Both the position numbers and the translations under genes were made by a program. The notes under the pieces were generated by a model, which saw only the letters and a program-made list of their open reading frames with translations, had not been told where the DNA came from and did not search any database. DNA of 62,997 nt, the filler included, from Trichomonas gallinae (taxonomy: Eukaryota), in the NCBI GenBank assembly GCA_008369845.1. It is 9 parts of 9 records of this genome, joined end to end, with 100 filler letters (N's around TTAATTAATTAA, not from the genome) between each part and the next. Parts side by side here need not be neighbours in the genome. Positions count along the whole stretch, not along the records: positions 14,276 to 38,906 come from MRSU01001071.1; 8 more parts are not named here. The stretch is one strand, 5' to 3'. Of this stretch, positions 22,646 to 34,245 are shown one piece after another; position 1 is the first letter of the stretch; each line of letters begins with the position of its first letter.

Positions 22646-24284
22646 TCGTTAAATCTGAAAATTTAAGAATTTCCAAACAAATTGATAGTCTTCTGAAATT
22701 TTATATCTAAAATATTTCAAATCATTTATAAGTCCATTTATTTATAAAATAACAAGGAAATTAATTCCTTTGAAATATTTTTGAAAGCTTCATTCAAAAT
22801 ATCATTATTCAAATAATTATGAGTAATTGTTTTATTTATATCTACAATTGATGAATAAAATCTTTCCTTTATATTTCTAAATAATCTATTGAAAAAAAAA
22901 ATTCATGAAAAATCTAGCCAACCATAATTAATCTCTGTAATTATACTCTTAATATCAATATATTCACTATGCTTGATCAAATTAAAAGTTTACAGTCTTA
23001 ATCATTTAAAAAGGAAATACGTATGATTATTAATTCGAATTGTTAATTCTTTTTCTCGCAATGTTTTGAATGAAAAATCGATTCTAACTTTTGAGCGGCC
23101 ACAACAAATAAAAGAAGGATACTTACCACATTTTGGTGCTTTAAATAGAGAAGATGAGTATCTGCTTGCATTGCCAACGATTAATATATATTCAAAATGA
23201 TTCAAAATAATTTAAAATTGTGAAGAAATTATATACCAAGTATTACAGATATTTTTAGTATACATGCTTCCACCATTCCTGTATGCATAATTTTTAGAGT
23301 TTCTCTCAATAAAATTGTGCAGATTCTATTGATTTTGATAAGTGGCCAAAAAAATTACAAAAATTTGAATAAGGACTTTAAATAAATAATGCAACTGAAA
23401 TGTAGCAAATTATTCTCTTCTAAATTTTTTTTTTATTTCTGGGAAAGTTCAGAGACTACGATAATTTTTCATTCAAAAATTCAATTGATTTTATTGCTTT
23501 CACGCCCGTAAACAGTTGGCTTTATATGTATGGCTAAATTAGTCACAGCCGCTTAATTTTGTCAGAATTAGTCACTATATAAGCTAGAAATGATATTTTA
23601 TTCATTAATTATTCAAATGAATGTGTTTAGAATTTTTCAAAATCATCAATATCTTATGAAGAATAATGGTTCTTGATACATCTTTTGTCACTGATCTGAT
23701 TCTAAACTTCCCATAGTTTCTTGTCGTTTTTTCAATATAGAATTTGTTGGTCAATTGTTACCATAAATGTATGACTGTTTCTTTTGCTACTATTAGAACA
23801 ATTATGTATTATATTAATGATTATCATTAAAGCAAATGCATATTTGCGAATTCTTTTGATTTTCCAAACGAATTGTGATGTAATTAAACCAGAACAGCAT
23901 GATTCAATGCATTTTCAGAATCTTGGCTTTCTATTCCATTCATTAATCAAATGTTCAAAATTATTTACGCATTGAGTCGGCTTTTATCATTTGTATATAA
24001 CATTTTTGTGTCACCAATGCATACTTTAGCCTATAAATAACATAATAATAATGCAACCAAATTCAATTTATTTTTTGCAATCTCTTTGGTTATAGATGTA
24101 CAATACTTGGATTGTATCCTGTTTAATATAGTGCCACATCTAAATCACAAATTTTACATAATCTCATACAAAATTCTCTTTCCTATCTGTCATGGACATC
24201 ACCCCAAGAATTCGATAAACATCAATGGATGAGAAAGTCAATAATTTATTATAAAATACAACACACAAGCAAATATTGACTTAT

Positions 24285-25898
24285 TTATATTTCTATATGA
24301 TCTTCTTTTCCTACATCCTGGTCACTGATGTCAACTGTTTCTCCTGAATCCATTTCTTCATCCATTGTAAAGTTTCCAGGATCCATAGGAGCTTCTTCTG
24401 ATTCTTCTTCTTCAGAATCATCATTTCTGTCTCTTAATGCATAAAGCATAATGGCAAAAACTGAAACAAGTGCAAGGATAACAATAGAAGCAATAATGAC
24501 AAGGATGATCCACTTCTTTTCGATTATTGTAGTGAAATTCTTACCATCATTGTCTTCCATCTTATCTTTTGGACCAACAATTGCTGTTGCATTCGGTGTT
24601 GATGAAAGAGTTTGTAATGGTGATTTATTTGGTGTATCATAAGGAGTTACAACAGGAGAATTTATTGGAGTTGTTGATGGAGTCTCTGAAGGTGTTTCAC
24701 TTGGTGTTGTATCAGGTGTTGATGAAGGAGTGTTAAATGGTGTAGTATTGGGTGTCATAATTGGTGTAGTTTCTGGAGTCATTGAAGGCGTATTTGAAAG
24801 TGTTTCACTTGGTGTTGTTGATGGAGTTATTGAAGGTGTATCTGAAGGTGTCATAGATGGTGTAGTTGAAGGAGTGCTTGAGGGAGTTATTGATGGTGTT
24901 GTTGAAGGAGTGTTTGATGGGGTTTGCTGTGGCGTTTGCATTGGTGATCTTGGAGGAGGTTCTACGACAGTAATCTTGTAGCTATAACTCTCTGATGGCT
25001 GTCCACGATCATCTACTGCCCATATTGTTAATGTGCGCTCGCCTGCTTTCGTTGTAGAAGGAATTGTGTATGTACCAGAGAAAGAAGCGGTTTTCATCGA
25101 AATGTCCAAATTATTAACAATCGTTTGTTGGTTTGTGCCGTCAATTGTAACATAAATTAATCCTTTTCTTCCAGCATCGTAGTGTTGGAGTGTTCCTGAG
25201 AAACTCACTGTTGAGCCAGTCAAGAAACTTCCAACAGGATATTTACTGATTTTCAGCATAGGATGGTTATAGAATGGACCGAAACCAAGGATGAAAGATA
25301 AATTCGTTGTCTCGCCAGCTTCCAACCATCTATTTTGCCATGAAAATGTCATCGCAGAGTCATCTGTCTTATAGTCAGAATATGTACTTCTGTCATCTGT
25401 TCCGCTCACCCAGACTTTGTAGTATCTTTTCACAGTGTAACCGTACCAATAAGTGTCGACATTCGTAACTCCGTATGTGTCTCTCAAGAAGACTTCGATG
25501 GCCGTTGTTCCATCTTTCATTGTGAATCCTCTGTTTCCTACCATATTGAAAACAGGAGCTTTGTCGTTATTATCGAGCTGAATATCACCGACTGTTGCCA
25601 ATGAGAATTTTTGTCTGTAGTTGTTGTTGTTTTTCGCTGTGTAAATGATTCTTATGTATTTATCTCCCCACGGCATCGATGATGTTTTGAAGTTTATTCC
25701 TTTGACATCTTTTACACCCTTTTCTGTGATGTATTCTGCTGGTTCATTGCCCCAATCGCCAACCTTAATGTATGTGTCATAGCCTTCATCGCCGAAAGTT
25801 GTTTTCTTGCCTTCATTGTTGATGTTGAAGTTATGCGTGCCGTCTGCCCTGAAGCTGAATTGCAATAGCATCAAAGAAAACGCAATTTCTAGTATCAT
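24285..25898 (-). CDS. Tandem paralog of the surface protein at 20960..22645
   Basis: Shares FSLATVGDIQLDNND, IEVFLRDTYGVTNVDTYWYG, GTLQHYDA, the TP stalk, EKKWII-TM and DSGETVDIS. Confidence 0.9.
   Translation of the reverse strand: MILEIAFSLMLLQFSFRADGTHNFNINNEGKKTTFGDEGYDTYIKVGDWGNEPAEYITEKGVKDVKGINFKTSSMPWGDKYIRIIYTAKNNNNYRQKFSLATVGDIQLDNNDKAPVFNMVGNRGFTMKDGTTAIEVFLRDTYGVTNVDTYWYGYTVKRYYKVWVSGTDDRSTYSDYKTDDSAMTFSWQNRWLEAGETTNLSFILGFGPFYNHPMLKISKYPVGSFLTGSTVSFSGTLQHYDAGRKGLIYVTIDGTNQQTIVNNLDISMKTASFSGTYTIPSTTKAGERTLTIWAVDDRGQPSESYSYKITVVEPPPRSPMQTPQQTPSNTPSTTPSITPSSTPSTTPSMTPSDTPSITPSTTPSETLSNTPSMTPETTPIMTPNTTPFNTPSSTPDTTPSETPSETPSTTPINSPVVTPYDTPNKSPLQTLSSTPNATAIVGPKDKMEDNDGKNFTTIIEKKWIILVIIASIVILALVSVFAIMLYALRDRNDDSEEEESEEAPMDPGNFTMDEEMDSGETVDISDQDVGKEDHIEI
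24590..24960 (-). repeat. Coding 12-nt tandem repeats (TPxx)n
   Basis: TPSN/TPST/TPSI/TPSE periodicity. Confidence 0.85.
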
Positions 25899-26633
25899 AA
25901 CTATAAAAATGAATTTGAATTGTTCTTAACAAACTCATTTGCATTGAAATAAATTGAAATCAAAATTTGAACTTCATTATTATGATTTTTTATGATATTT
26001 CAAACATGCTTTAGTGAGAAAATTTCTTTGAGTTTATTTTTTTATGATATCTCAGCATTCACAATTCTTTTGATAAACAAAACAATAATTCTATCATTAC
26101 TTTATTGGAGTATTTCTTTTTCAATTGTCTTTTTTGATCATTTTCGAAAACTCCTAAAAATAACCATCAAATAGTGATGCTGATCGATGTGTCGACCATA
26201 GATAAAGTGAATTCAATTCGCATCTACAATTGAATGAAATTTTACAGGGTTTATCAGCAAATTGCTATATTTTCGTATATTGTTATATACTACGAGATGA
26301 CTAAATTTTTATACTTTTGAGAGTGCGACTCTTTCAATTGTCAGAAAGTTTTGAAAAGGAATAAATTTTATCTTTGCATGGCCCCAGACATCAACTATGC
26401 CTTTAGAACATCTGTTTGATGAAGGAGGAGGATCAAAACAACCTTAAATTGTCATAAAATATAGATTAGGCAAAAATATTTATAAGATTTTGATGATTCT
26501 GAGGTCTGTGAAATATCTACATGGAATTAAATAAGTTTTTATTCATGATATTAATTTTTGACAAGTAAAATTATATTTGTCAAAAATAATAACCCCTGAT
26601 TTATTTTTCAAGACCCTTTTATTTAGAATTTTC

Positions 26634-27500
26634 ATGCCAAACTTTGATGGTATTAATGATTTTCTTGAAATGACTGCTGAAATGTCGTATCAAGATATAT
26701 TGAAGGCATTGTTCCACTATGAAACATCAAATGTCTACTGGGTCATTTTTTCCATTTACGTTTGTTTGTATTTCAGACTTACGAACAAAAGAGGCGGAAT
26801 AAAATGGTATAGAAGCCTTATAGTTGGATATTTAATCATTTATATGCCAAGATATCTATTCAAAGTCGTCACAAAAAGATATACTCCAGATATTGCGTCA
26901 TATACATCATTTTTCATATATTTTGGAATTTGGTGTGCACTAAACATATGCCCATTCGATCTTATCTTTCAATTCTGCAATAGATTTAGCTCCAGATTAG
27001 CTCTTACAATTTTGCAAGCATATATCGAAGGAATCGAGTTCATAAGAATCGTATACAACATAGACGAAGTGTTTACATCAGATGCAGAAGTTGACGTTAA
27101 AATGGTTAACATTAATGAATTCTTCTTGTTGTTTATTCCAATATTAGTTCAGTCTCTTGACTTTTTAATAGCAGGAGAAGACAATCGCGACTATCTTTTC
27201 TCGATTGTCCACGTCAAGAGATTTATATTGTTAACGATTGCGATTCATTATCTTGTTTTAGCATCAGATTATATAGAAAATCCACCACTTACATTCTACG
27301 ATCTTATTCCAATAGTTTCGATGCTCAATGTTTTAATTAGAGTTATTGACTTACTTTATTATGATTTCTATCCATTTTCTTATATAGATCTGATTTTCCC
27401 ATCTCTAGGCACTTTTTCTTCAAAATTGAAAATTCAAAATTTCGTGCTATTCGAAGCGAGAAGGGATAACACCAATCTTCAAGCGCCAGCTGATTTTTAA
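26634..27500 (+). CDS. Multi-pass membrane protein, TRIC/TMEM38-like
   Basis: Several TMs. IWCALNICPFDLIFQFC resembles the TMEM38 WYLIFFCPLDLFYK segment. Start placed at MPNFD. Confidence 0.6.
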   Translation: MPNFDGINDFLEMTAEMSYQDILKALFHYETSNVYWVIFSIYVCLYFRLTNKRGGIKWYRSLIVGYLIIYMPRYLFKVVTKRYTPDIASYTSFFIYFGIWCALNICPFDLIFQFCNRFSSRLALTILQAYIEGIEFIRIVYNIDEVFTSDAEVDVKMVNINEFFLLFIPILVQSLDFLIAGEDNRDYLFSIVHVKRFILLTIAIHYLVLASDYIENPPLTFYDLIPIVSMLNVLIRVIDLLYYDFYPFSYIDLIFPSLGTFSSKLKIQNFVLFEARRDNTNLQAPADF

Positions 27501-27842
27501 GATAGTATCGCTTTTTTCATGAGTGCTACATGTATTAGCGATCTGTATAAAATATTAATATTTATGAATTATAATTTTAAGTTCGCAAACCAGTTCGATG
27601 ACATTAGACTAGTTGATATTTATATATATTTATAAAAAATTAATTAAATTCTCATATAAATATTTTTAATTTTAAAAGAAATTTAGTGAGTGTTGAACAG
27701 CTTACATTTATTTAATGTAATTTCTGTTATAAATAAACTAAAATATAAATTTATAATCATTTTAAAAGATTTAAACAATGTATATATATATAAACAAAAT
27801 CAAGGAACTGGGGATAAAAGCTTGTATTAATAGCTAAAAGTA

Positions 27843-28571
27843 TTAAGCTGTACGAATAATATTTCCATTTTGGATTGTTGCATCTGGAGTCTTTGACATT
27901 GAGAAGAATTTAAGTCTATCAGGAAATGATTTCTTATAATTGATAAGGAACAAGATAACTATCCAAGGAAGAAGATTCCAATATAAATGAGGAGTAATCC
28001 AGTCAAAGAAATGCCATCTGATAAAGTATCCGATAATGATTCCAGATAAATGGCCGATGAAGCTAGCATTCGGTACTAAAATTGAAATAACAATTAATTC
28101 CATGAATGGAGCCCAAGACCATGGAATCATCAGGCCAAATATGTTCATTTCAGACTGATAAGCAGCTATAATTGTCTGTAAACCGAATAAAACGCAAGAA
28201 TATCCAACTGCATAGACCTCAGTGTCTGGGAAAAACTTCCTACGTATTATTGCATCGATTATTGAAGGGAAAATAGTAAGAATTGTAATCCAAATCAAAA
28301 ATCTGGAAACTCCTAATAATCTTTCGAGATAACCTAAGTTGTATGCGGTTGATATATTCATAATTAGATGCAAGAATGAGTAATGTGAAAATGTTGCTGT
28401 TACAACTCGCCAATATTGCTTCCTTACGAGAATTGATTCTGAATGTGCTGCAACGTCTTGAACAGGGACATTGCGGCTGTTCAGGTAATAAAATATGTAG
28501 CAATTTATTACTGTAATTACTAAATTTACTGGTGCTTTAATGACTTGAAGAATAGGAGGCTGATACGACAT
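27843..28571 (-). CDS. Rhomboid intramembrane serine protease (S54, RHBDL4-like)
   Basis: QYWR loop, HxxxxHLxxN, catalytic GYS and GHLSG. Confidence 0.93.
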   Translation of the reverse strand: MSYQPPILQVIKAPVNLVITVINCYIFYYLNSRNVPVQDVAAHSESILVRKQYWRVVTATFSHYSFLHLIMNISTAYNLGYLERLLGVSRFLIWITILTIFPSIIDAIIRRKFFPDTEVYAVGYSCVLFGLQTIIAAYQSEMNIFGLMIPWSWAPFMELIVISILVPNASFIGHLSGIIIGYFIRWHFFDWITPHLYWNLLPWIVILFLINYKKSFPDRLKFFSMSKTPDATIQNGNIIRTA

Positions 28572-29109
28572 GAATAAAAATGATGATTGACTATGTCAAT
28601 ACCATACTGTTCAAAATTATCACAGAAATTTCACTATAATTTCCTATTTTAGCAGATTTTCCAAAAAAATATATAATATATTTTCCAGTTTTTATAGCAA
28701 TGGAAGCACCATGCATAAATATAAAAAATGCTTTATTTGTAAAGTTTTAATATTATATTTTAAAAAATTATTTTGTATTTACAAGAATTCGAACATAGAA
28801 TTGTGCATTTTTTCACACATATATTGTTTATACAAGCTATTTTTCCATAAAATTGACATTATTATTTTCCTCAAAATATAACATACGAAACTCTCAACAA
28901 TGATCATGTTCTAAGATATCAGCTGATTAATATGCAGTTTTACTTAATAAAATATCTTATTATAAAAAAAATGAAAAAATAAAAATAATGAAGTATAGAG
29001 TATAATATAAAAAGGAACAAAAATGATGGAAGACATTAGTTTGTTCCGAGTAAAGAATAGCGTTGTATATATCTAATTTGCAATTTATTCACAATATAAT
29101 TTTGGAAAT

Positions 29110-29460
29110 TTACTGAAGCTCTTCGACTGTAGCAGTCAAAGCATCGATGTTTGCGCCAACGATTGTTTTAATCTCCTTGTCGCCTCCCTTCTTGAAGAAT
29201 TTGAATTGAGGAACAACTTCAACTTTGAAGTGCTCAGCAAGATCAGCGGATTCATCTACGTTAGCCTTAAGGAATGTAACCTTTGGGTACTTGTCAGCGA
29301 TGCTTGGAAGAACCTTGGAAACATTCTTGCATGGGCCACACCAGTCGGCGAAGAAGTCAACAACAACTAAGCCCTCTGTGTTGTCGACGAGCTTCTTGAG
29401 ATCTGCCTGGTTTCCTTCGAAATGCTTAAGGGCAAAGCGTGTGAATGATGATGATAACAT
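29110..29460 (-). CDS. trx: Thioredoxin with a hydrogenosomal presequence
   Basis: DFFADWCGPCK active site. The N-terminus MLSSSFTRF matches ML(S/T/A)...R(F/N/E). Confidence 0.95.
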   Translation of the reverse strand: MLSSSFTRFALKHFEGNQADLKKLVDNTEGLVVVDFFADWCGPCKNVSKVLPSIADKYPKVTFLKANVDESADLAEHFKVEVVPQFKFFKKGGDKEIKTIVGANIDALTATVEELQ

Positions 29461-30524
29461 ATCTATAAAAAAATAAACCTGTCAGATGTAAACATAACAA
29501 TACTAATTTTGTGAAGTTTACACTAGTTAGCTGGACAAGTTTACTATAATGGTTTAGTTGGTCAATGAAATTGTTTTTGGATTGGGGCAATTATAGCGAA
29601 CCTGCTATAGATGACGGTGAAGTCCGCCGATCAAGTTCTATAATTTCAGTCTATTTTTCCCTTTTGTAATTTTCAAATATCACTCGCAGAAAAATGTTTA
29701 TTGGACCGTGTAGATTGTATCCTATAAAGAAAGAAACTTAGACCGTGTAAAGTTATTTTTGTCAAAATTTAAAAAAAAAAACTTAATTGTCAGATTTTTC
29801 CATTTACCTATAGTTTTTCAAAAAAATGTTAGAATTTCATTTTTGTCTTCATATTTTTCGAAGGTCGTGTAAAAATCGATTCAAATTTGTGCCTTTTTGA
29901 CACTTTACAGTGTCAGAATTTATAAATGTGACAAATAGATTTTAGGGGCTGACACTACTTCATTTCATTTTCGAATTCATATTAACAATTGTTTTATCAT
30001 TCATAGGACTAGGAAACCAAATGTGTAAGATGTGATTCTTGTATTTATGAAGTAGAATATTGGTTTCATTCTATTTTATTTAGCAAATAAAAAAATAATT
30101 AAGTCTCTGATTTTGTAAGTGATACGGATATTCACCTTCTAGGTATTAAAATGTTTCAATAACATTTCTGTTAAAATATGCAATAATTTAAAAAAATATT
30201 CAAATGTGTAATAATGTATATATAGAAATAACAAAAATCGATTGCTATATATTGTTTCAATTATTTGTTTCTTCTCATTTTGATTATAAAAATTGAAAAA
30301 ATGAAAAATATTCATATTATTTTGCATACTTTTAAAGATAGATTAATTTTTTGTTAATAAGATGATACTAAAAATATCATAGCCTGTTCACGAAAATAGT
30401 CAGATCAAATCCTAGTCATAATATTTTTATTGATGTATTGTGATTATATATGATGTAGAGATGTTAAAAATGCAATAAGAATTAAGATTTGTAAAAACTA
30501 ATTTATAAAACGTGACAATCTCAA

Positions 30525-31757
30525 ATGATTGATGATTTTTCGCATCGCTTGAATCGAAGCGTTTCAGCGACGATATCACCAGCGAGTTTGAACAAGTACA
30601 ACCTCAAGGTCAATCGTGGGCCGCCAGAAATACCTAAATACACTTGTAGTCACTTAATTTCCGTAAGTTTATGGGAATCTATTACAGGAGAGAAGGTAAA
30701 TCCAGCGCGAATATCACAGACTATAGATGTATTTTTACCACAAGTTGCTGGAATGACTCCAGGAACATCCAATGTCACTCCTCAATTAATGAATTTATAC
30801 GTGAAGATGGCTAAAGACAGACAGGAATGCATGAATCTTCAAGACCAAATTTCACGAGCCTCACCTGCTGATCTTGAGACGATATTTAATGCCCTTTATC
30901 CACATATGAGCGATTTAGTTTGCGATGGAGCTGCAAACTTCGTAATTCAAAAACTATGCGAATACTTGACACCAGAGCAACATAGCCGTATGCTTGCTTT
31001 CTTCCTAGAAGATGTACAGACGATTGTTGATCATCCAAACGGATGCCGCGTCCTTCAGAAGTTTATTGAACAGACAACACCACCTAATATTGATCCTATT
31101 TTCCTTGCATTGCTCCCTAACTTCGTTGGTCTTTGCAGTAGCCAAAATGGAAATCATATCGCTCAGAGATTCATTGTTAAGATTCCAGACCGCGTTCCAC
31201 AGATTATAGATAAGATCCGCAGCCACGTCTACGATCTCGTTGTCGATAACTGGGGCTGTAGAGTCATTCAGACGCTGTTCGACAAACTTCCAATCCAGCA
31301 GCTTGTTCCTCTCGTTGATGAGGTACTCTGCCGTGCTGAGACGCTCGCTGTCAATCAGTTCGGCAACTACGTTGTTCAGAATATACTCAGTTCAGGCGCG
31401 CCAGAACATATCGAAGCATTAATCAAGAGATTTACAGGACATTTCTACGATTTCTCAATGCACAAATTTGCCTCTAACGTTATCGAAAAATGTATAAGAA
31501 AAGCTACACCAGCACAGCAAAATGCAATTTTCACCGAAATTATAGGCCCAGAAGGCAACTACGACAAGAGGAGAATATTAAATATGGTCTCAGATCAGTT
31601 CGGAAACTACGTTATACAGAGAATTATTGAGTTCGGAACAATGAGTCAGCAAAATATCATTTTCACAGTAACAGACGAGAATTACATCGATTTAATCAAG
31701 TGCAGCTACGCGAAGCACGTTATTTCTTGCCTTGTCAACCTTGGATACGAGTTCTAA
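30525..31757 (+). CDS. Pumilio/PUF RNA-binding protein
   Basis: Eight PUF-like repeats: ANFVIQK, GCRVLQK, GNHIAQR, GCRVIQT, GNYVVQN, ASNVIEK, GNYVIQR, AKHVI. Confidence 0.95.
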   Translation: MIDDFSHRLNRSVSATISPASLNKYNLKVNRGPPEIPKYTCSHLISVSLWESITGEKVNPARISQTIDVFLPQVAGMTPGTSNVTPQLMNLYVKMAKDRQECMNLQDQISRASPADLETIFNALYPHMSDLVCDGAANFVIQKLCEYLTPEQHSRMLAFFLEDVQTIVDHPNGCRVLQKFIEQTTPPNIDPIFLALLPNFVGLCSSQNGNHIAQRFIVKIPDRVPQIIDKIRSHVYDLVVDNWGCRVIQTLFDKLPIQQLVPLVDEVLCRAETLAVNQFGNYVVQNILSSGAPEHIEALIKRFTGHFYDFSMHKFASNVIEKCIRKATPAQQNAIFTEIIGPEGNYDKRRILNMVSDQFGNYVIQRIIEFGTMSQQNIIFTVTDENYIDLIKCSYAKHVISCLVNLGYEF

Positions 31758-32124
31758 TAATGTTTGTATTTTTAATTAATTGCACTGTATGAATAAAATT
31801 TCATTTACATTCATATTTGGTGGCTTTGAAGCTTGCTCAACAAGTTAATTTGAGTTTATTTCATATCAAATTTTTCCCAAAAAAAAATATCGAGTTTGAA
31901 GCACTTATATGTGATTAAAAAGTCAGAATCGAATTGTATATGGTATTTATATAAAAGAAAACTTTCATTTCCAAAAATAAATTTTAACAAAAATTAAATA
32001 TCATTATATCAAAAAATATAAAGACAAATGACTATATTTATATGAATACTAAACATTTAAATATGTTAAATAATGTGTTATCGCTTGATTTAAGCTAGAA
32101 ATGAAAGATTTATATTTTATTTTC

Positions 32125-33051
32125 ATGTCTATGAATGGAGTAAATGATTATGATGAATCGAAATATATTCCAAATTTGTTAAATAATGATAGTATTCTCG
32201 ATACGCTTAGCATTAATCAGCTTACTGCATCATTGAACAAACATATATTTAGACTTGACGATTTGGTTCTTTTTTTACAAAATATCAAATCGAAATATGA
32301 ATTTGAAAGCAGAATGAAGATAATTCAACACATTCACGCCGAATTTTGGAATGAAAATAAAATCGATCTAATCAAATTTGAAGAATTTCTTTCTCTTTTT
32401 AGCGAATTCTTACAATGTGAAGTTTTAAGTTCAATCTCCGATGTTGTCAAAAGAATTTTGAAGAATTTTAATGCGCAAAATAATCAATCATTAAATTTTA
32501 CTCATATGACTAAGAACAACAATATCAAAAATCTCAGGGATACAATAATATCAACCAAAAACTTTGATAAAATATATAAAATTCTAGAAAATATTGCAAA
32601 GGAACAAGACTACGAAGCTGCAGCATTTGTTGTTAAGGAGAATATGCATACACTACAAGATAATCTTAGTGTTACTATTCTAGCAGCATCATTTGCAAAT
32701 AACAATTTTAAATTATGGAAAATGTTGATTGAATCTGGTGCTGATTACATGAAACGCGATAAATATGGTAACTATGCTTTGAACCACTTTTGCCGCAATG
32801 ATAATCTTGAAGCTGTGAAATATATTCTAAAACTTCCGAATATTGATCCAAATGTATCAGGATTTTTCAAAACAACACCACTAATGGATGCTGCAACATA
32901 TGGAGCCAAAAAAGTTGTAGAATTCTTAAGAACAGTTCCAAATATTGATGCGAAAGCAAAAAATCATAGAAATCGGACTGCTCTCGATTTGGCTTTAAAT
33001 TATAATTCCTTAACTGTGATTTCTGTGCTTCAAGAAATGCAATATTGCTAA
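32125..33051 (+). CDS. Ankyrin-repeat protein
   Basis: C-terminal ankyrin repeats (DKYGNYAL, TTPLMDAA, RTALDLA). The start may be 32101 or 32125. Confidence 0.85.
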   Translation: MSMNGVNDYDESKYIPNLLNNDSILDTLSINQLTASLNKHIFRLDDLVLFLQNIKSKYEFESRMKIIQHIHAEFWNENKIDLIKFEEFLSLFSEFLQCEVLSSISDVVKRILKNFNAQNNQSLNFTHMTKNNNIKNLRDTIISTKNFDKIYKILENIAKEQDYEAAAFVVKENMHTLQDNLSVTILAASFANNNFKLWKMLIESGADYMKRDKYGNYALNHFCRNDNLEAVKYILKLPNIDPNVSGFFKTTPLMDAATYGAKKVVEFLRTVPNIDAKAKNHRNRTALDLALNYNSLTVISVLQEMQYC

Positions 33052-34233
33052 TCTTTGTAATTCAACAACTATGAATACAATGAGTCATCAAATGTTGCCA
33101 TTGCATGTAAGTATTGATTTATAATATTTCTGAAGAAAACACCAAAACAATATTATAAATTTGAATTGTCATTGTTTGTTTATAACAACTACCGATATTA
33201 CCTAATTTCATTTCATGTTTTTGTATACAAATGCTTAGGAATTGTGTTTGGAATTTAAACAAAATGTTTAAATATTTGTCTATCAGACTATTTTTGCATA
33301 TATGACACGCTTAACAACTTATTTAATTCCATTAAACGCGAAATATAATGAAAAAAAGATCAATTAATCTGATTCTTTCGATTTGAACGAAGAAAAATGA
33401 TTTGGCTATATTATAATATCCGTTCCATTATTTTGATTTTTGCTAAAAACTTGAAAATATAAAAAAATCTTAAGAAAACTCTAATAAAATATAATAATTT
33501 TTCATTGATAACGAAATTATAAATATTCCTATATTACATATCTTGCTCGAATATTACCAAAAAACGCGAAAATTCATTGTCAGAATGATATTAAATTCTA
33601 AAAAAATTTGATCACAAGATTTATTCTTCCTGTCAGACAAATAGTGTCTTATTGTGATCTAATTATTAATATTACTTATCCTAATGAGCAAAATTTGATG
33701 ATCGTGGTCTCTCTCCATTATTGCGATCAATATTTGACAGCAAGATTAACTATAATTTGGATTGGTTCCTCAATGGTTTGACTAATATTAATCTCACGCC
33801 TTGAAAATAAATGTTTGACAAAAAAATATGATTAATCACAACCGATCATTATTATTTCCTAATGACGCACCTCGCCATCAAAAACACTCAAAGAATGCAC
33901 GTGTTTCAAAACAAAAAATCAAGACCTCATGTCCCTTCAAAAAAATTTCTCCAAGGACTTTTTCGATTCATCATTTTTATGACCAAACAATGCAAATAAT
34001 CAAATATTATAAAAAAGTGAAACTTTACATGACAAATTTTTATTGATGTATTATAATACATAGATATAGATATTGCAAATTTTAAAATTTTTAAAAAATC
34101 AATTTTTTGAGAAAACACGAAAATATTGATCTATACTTTTAGAAGAGTAAAAATATAAAACATCATCGTTTTGATATTCTGAACTGAAAACGATGAACTA
34201 TCTCAATAGATTGAGAGAATAAAAATTTTCATA

Positions 34234-34239
34234 TCACTT
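34234..34239 (+). promoter_or_regulatory. Initiator (Inr) element
   Basis: TCACTT a few nt before ATG 34246. Similar Inr sites precede other genes (45409, 61536, 11421 minus). Confidence 0.75.
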
Positions 34240-34245
34240 TTCGAA

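Noticed and set aside
23119..23127. ATACTTACC resembling the U1 snRNA 5' end
   Set aside because: No U1 stem-loops follow; it lies in a short decayed coding-like frame.
29617..29628. GTGAAGTCCGCC as an RNase P/MRP CR-I motif
   Set aside because: No convincing CR-V/P4 partner was found downstream.
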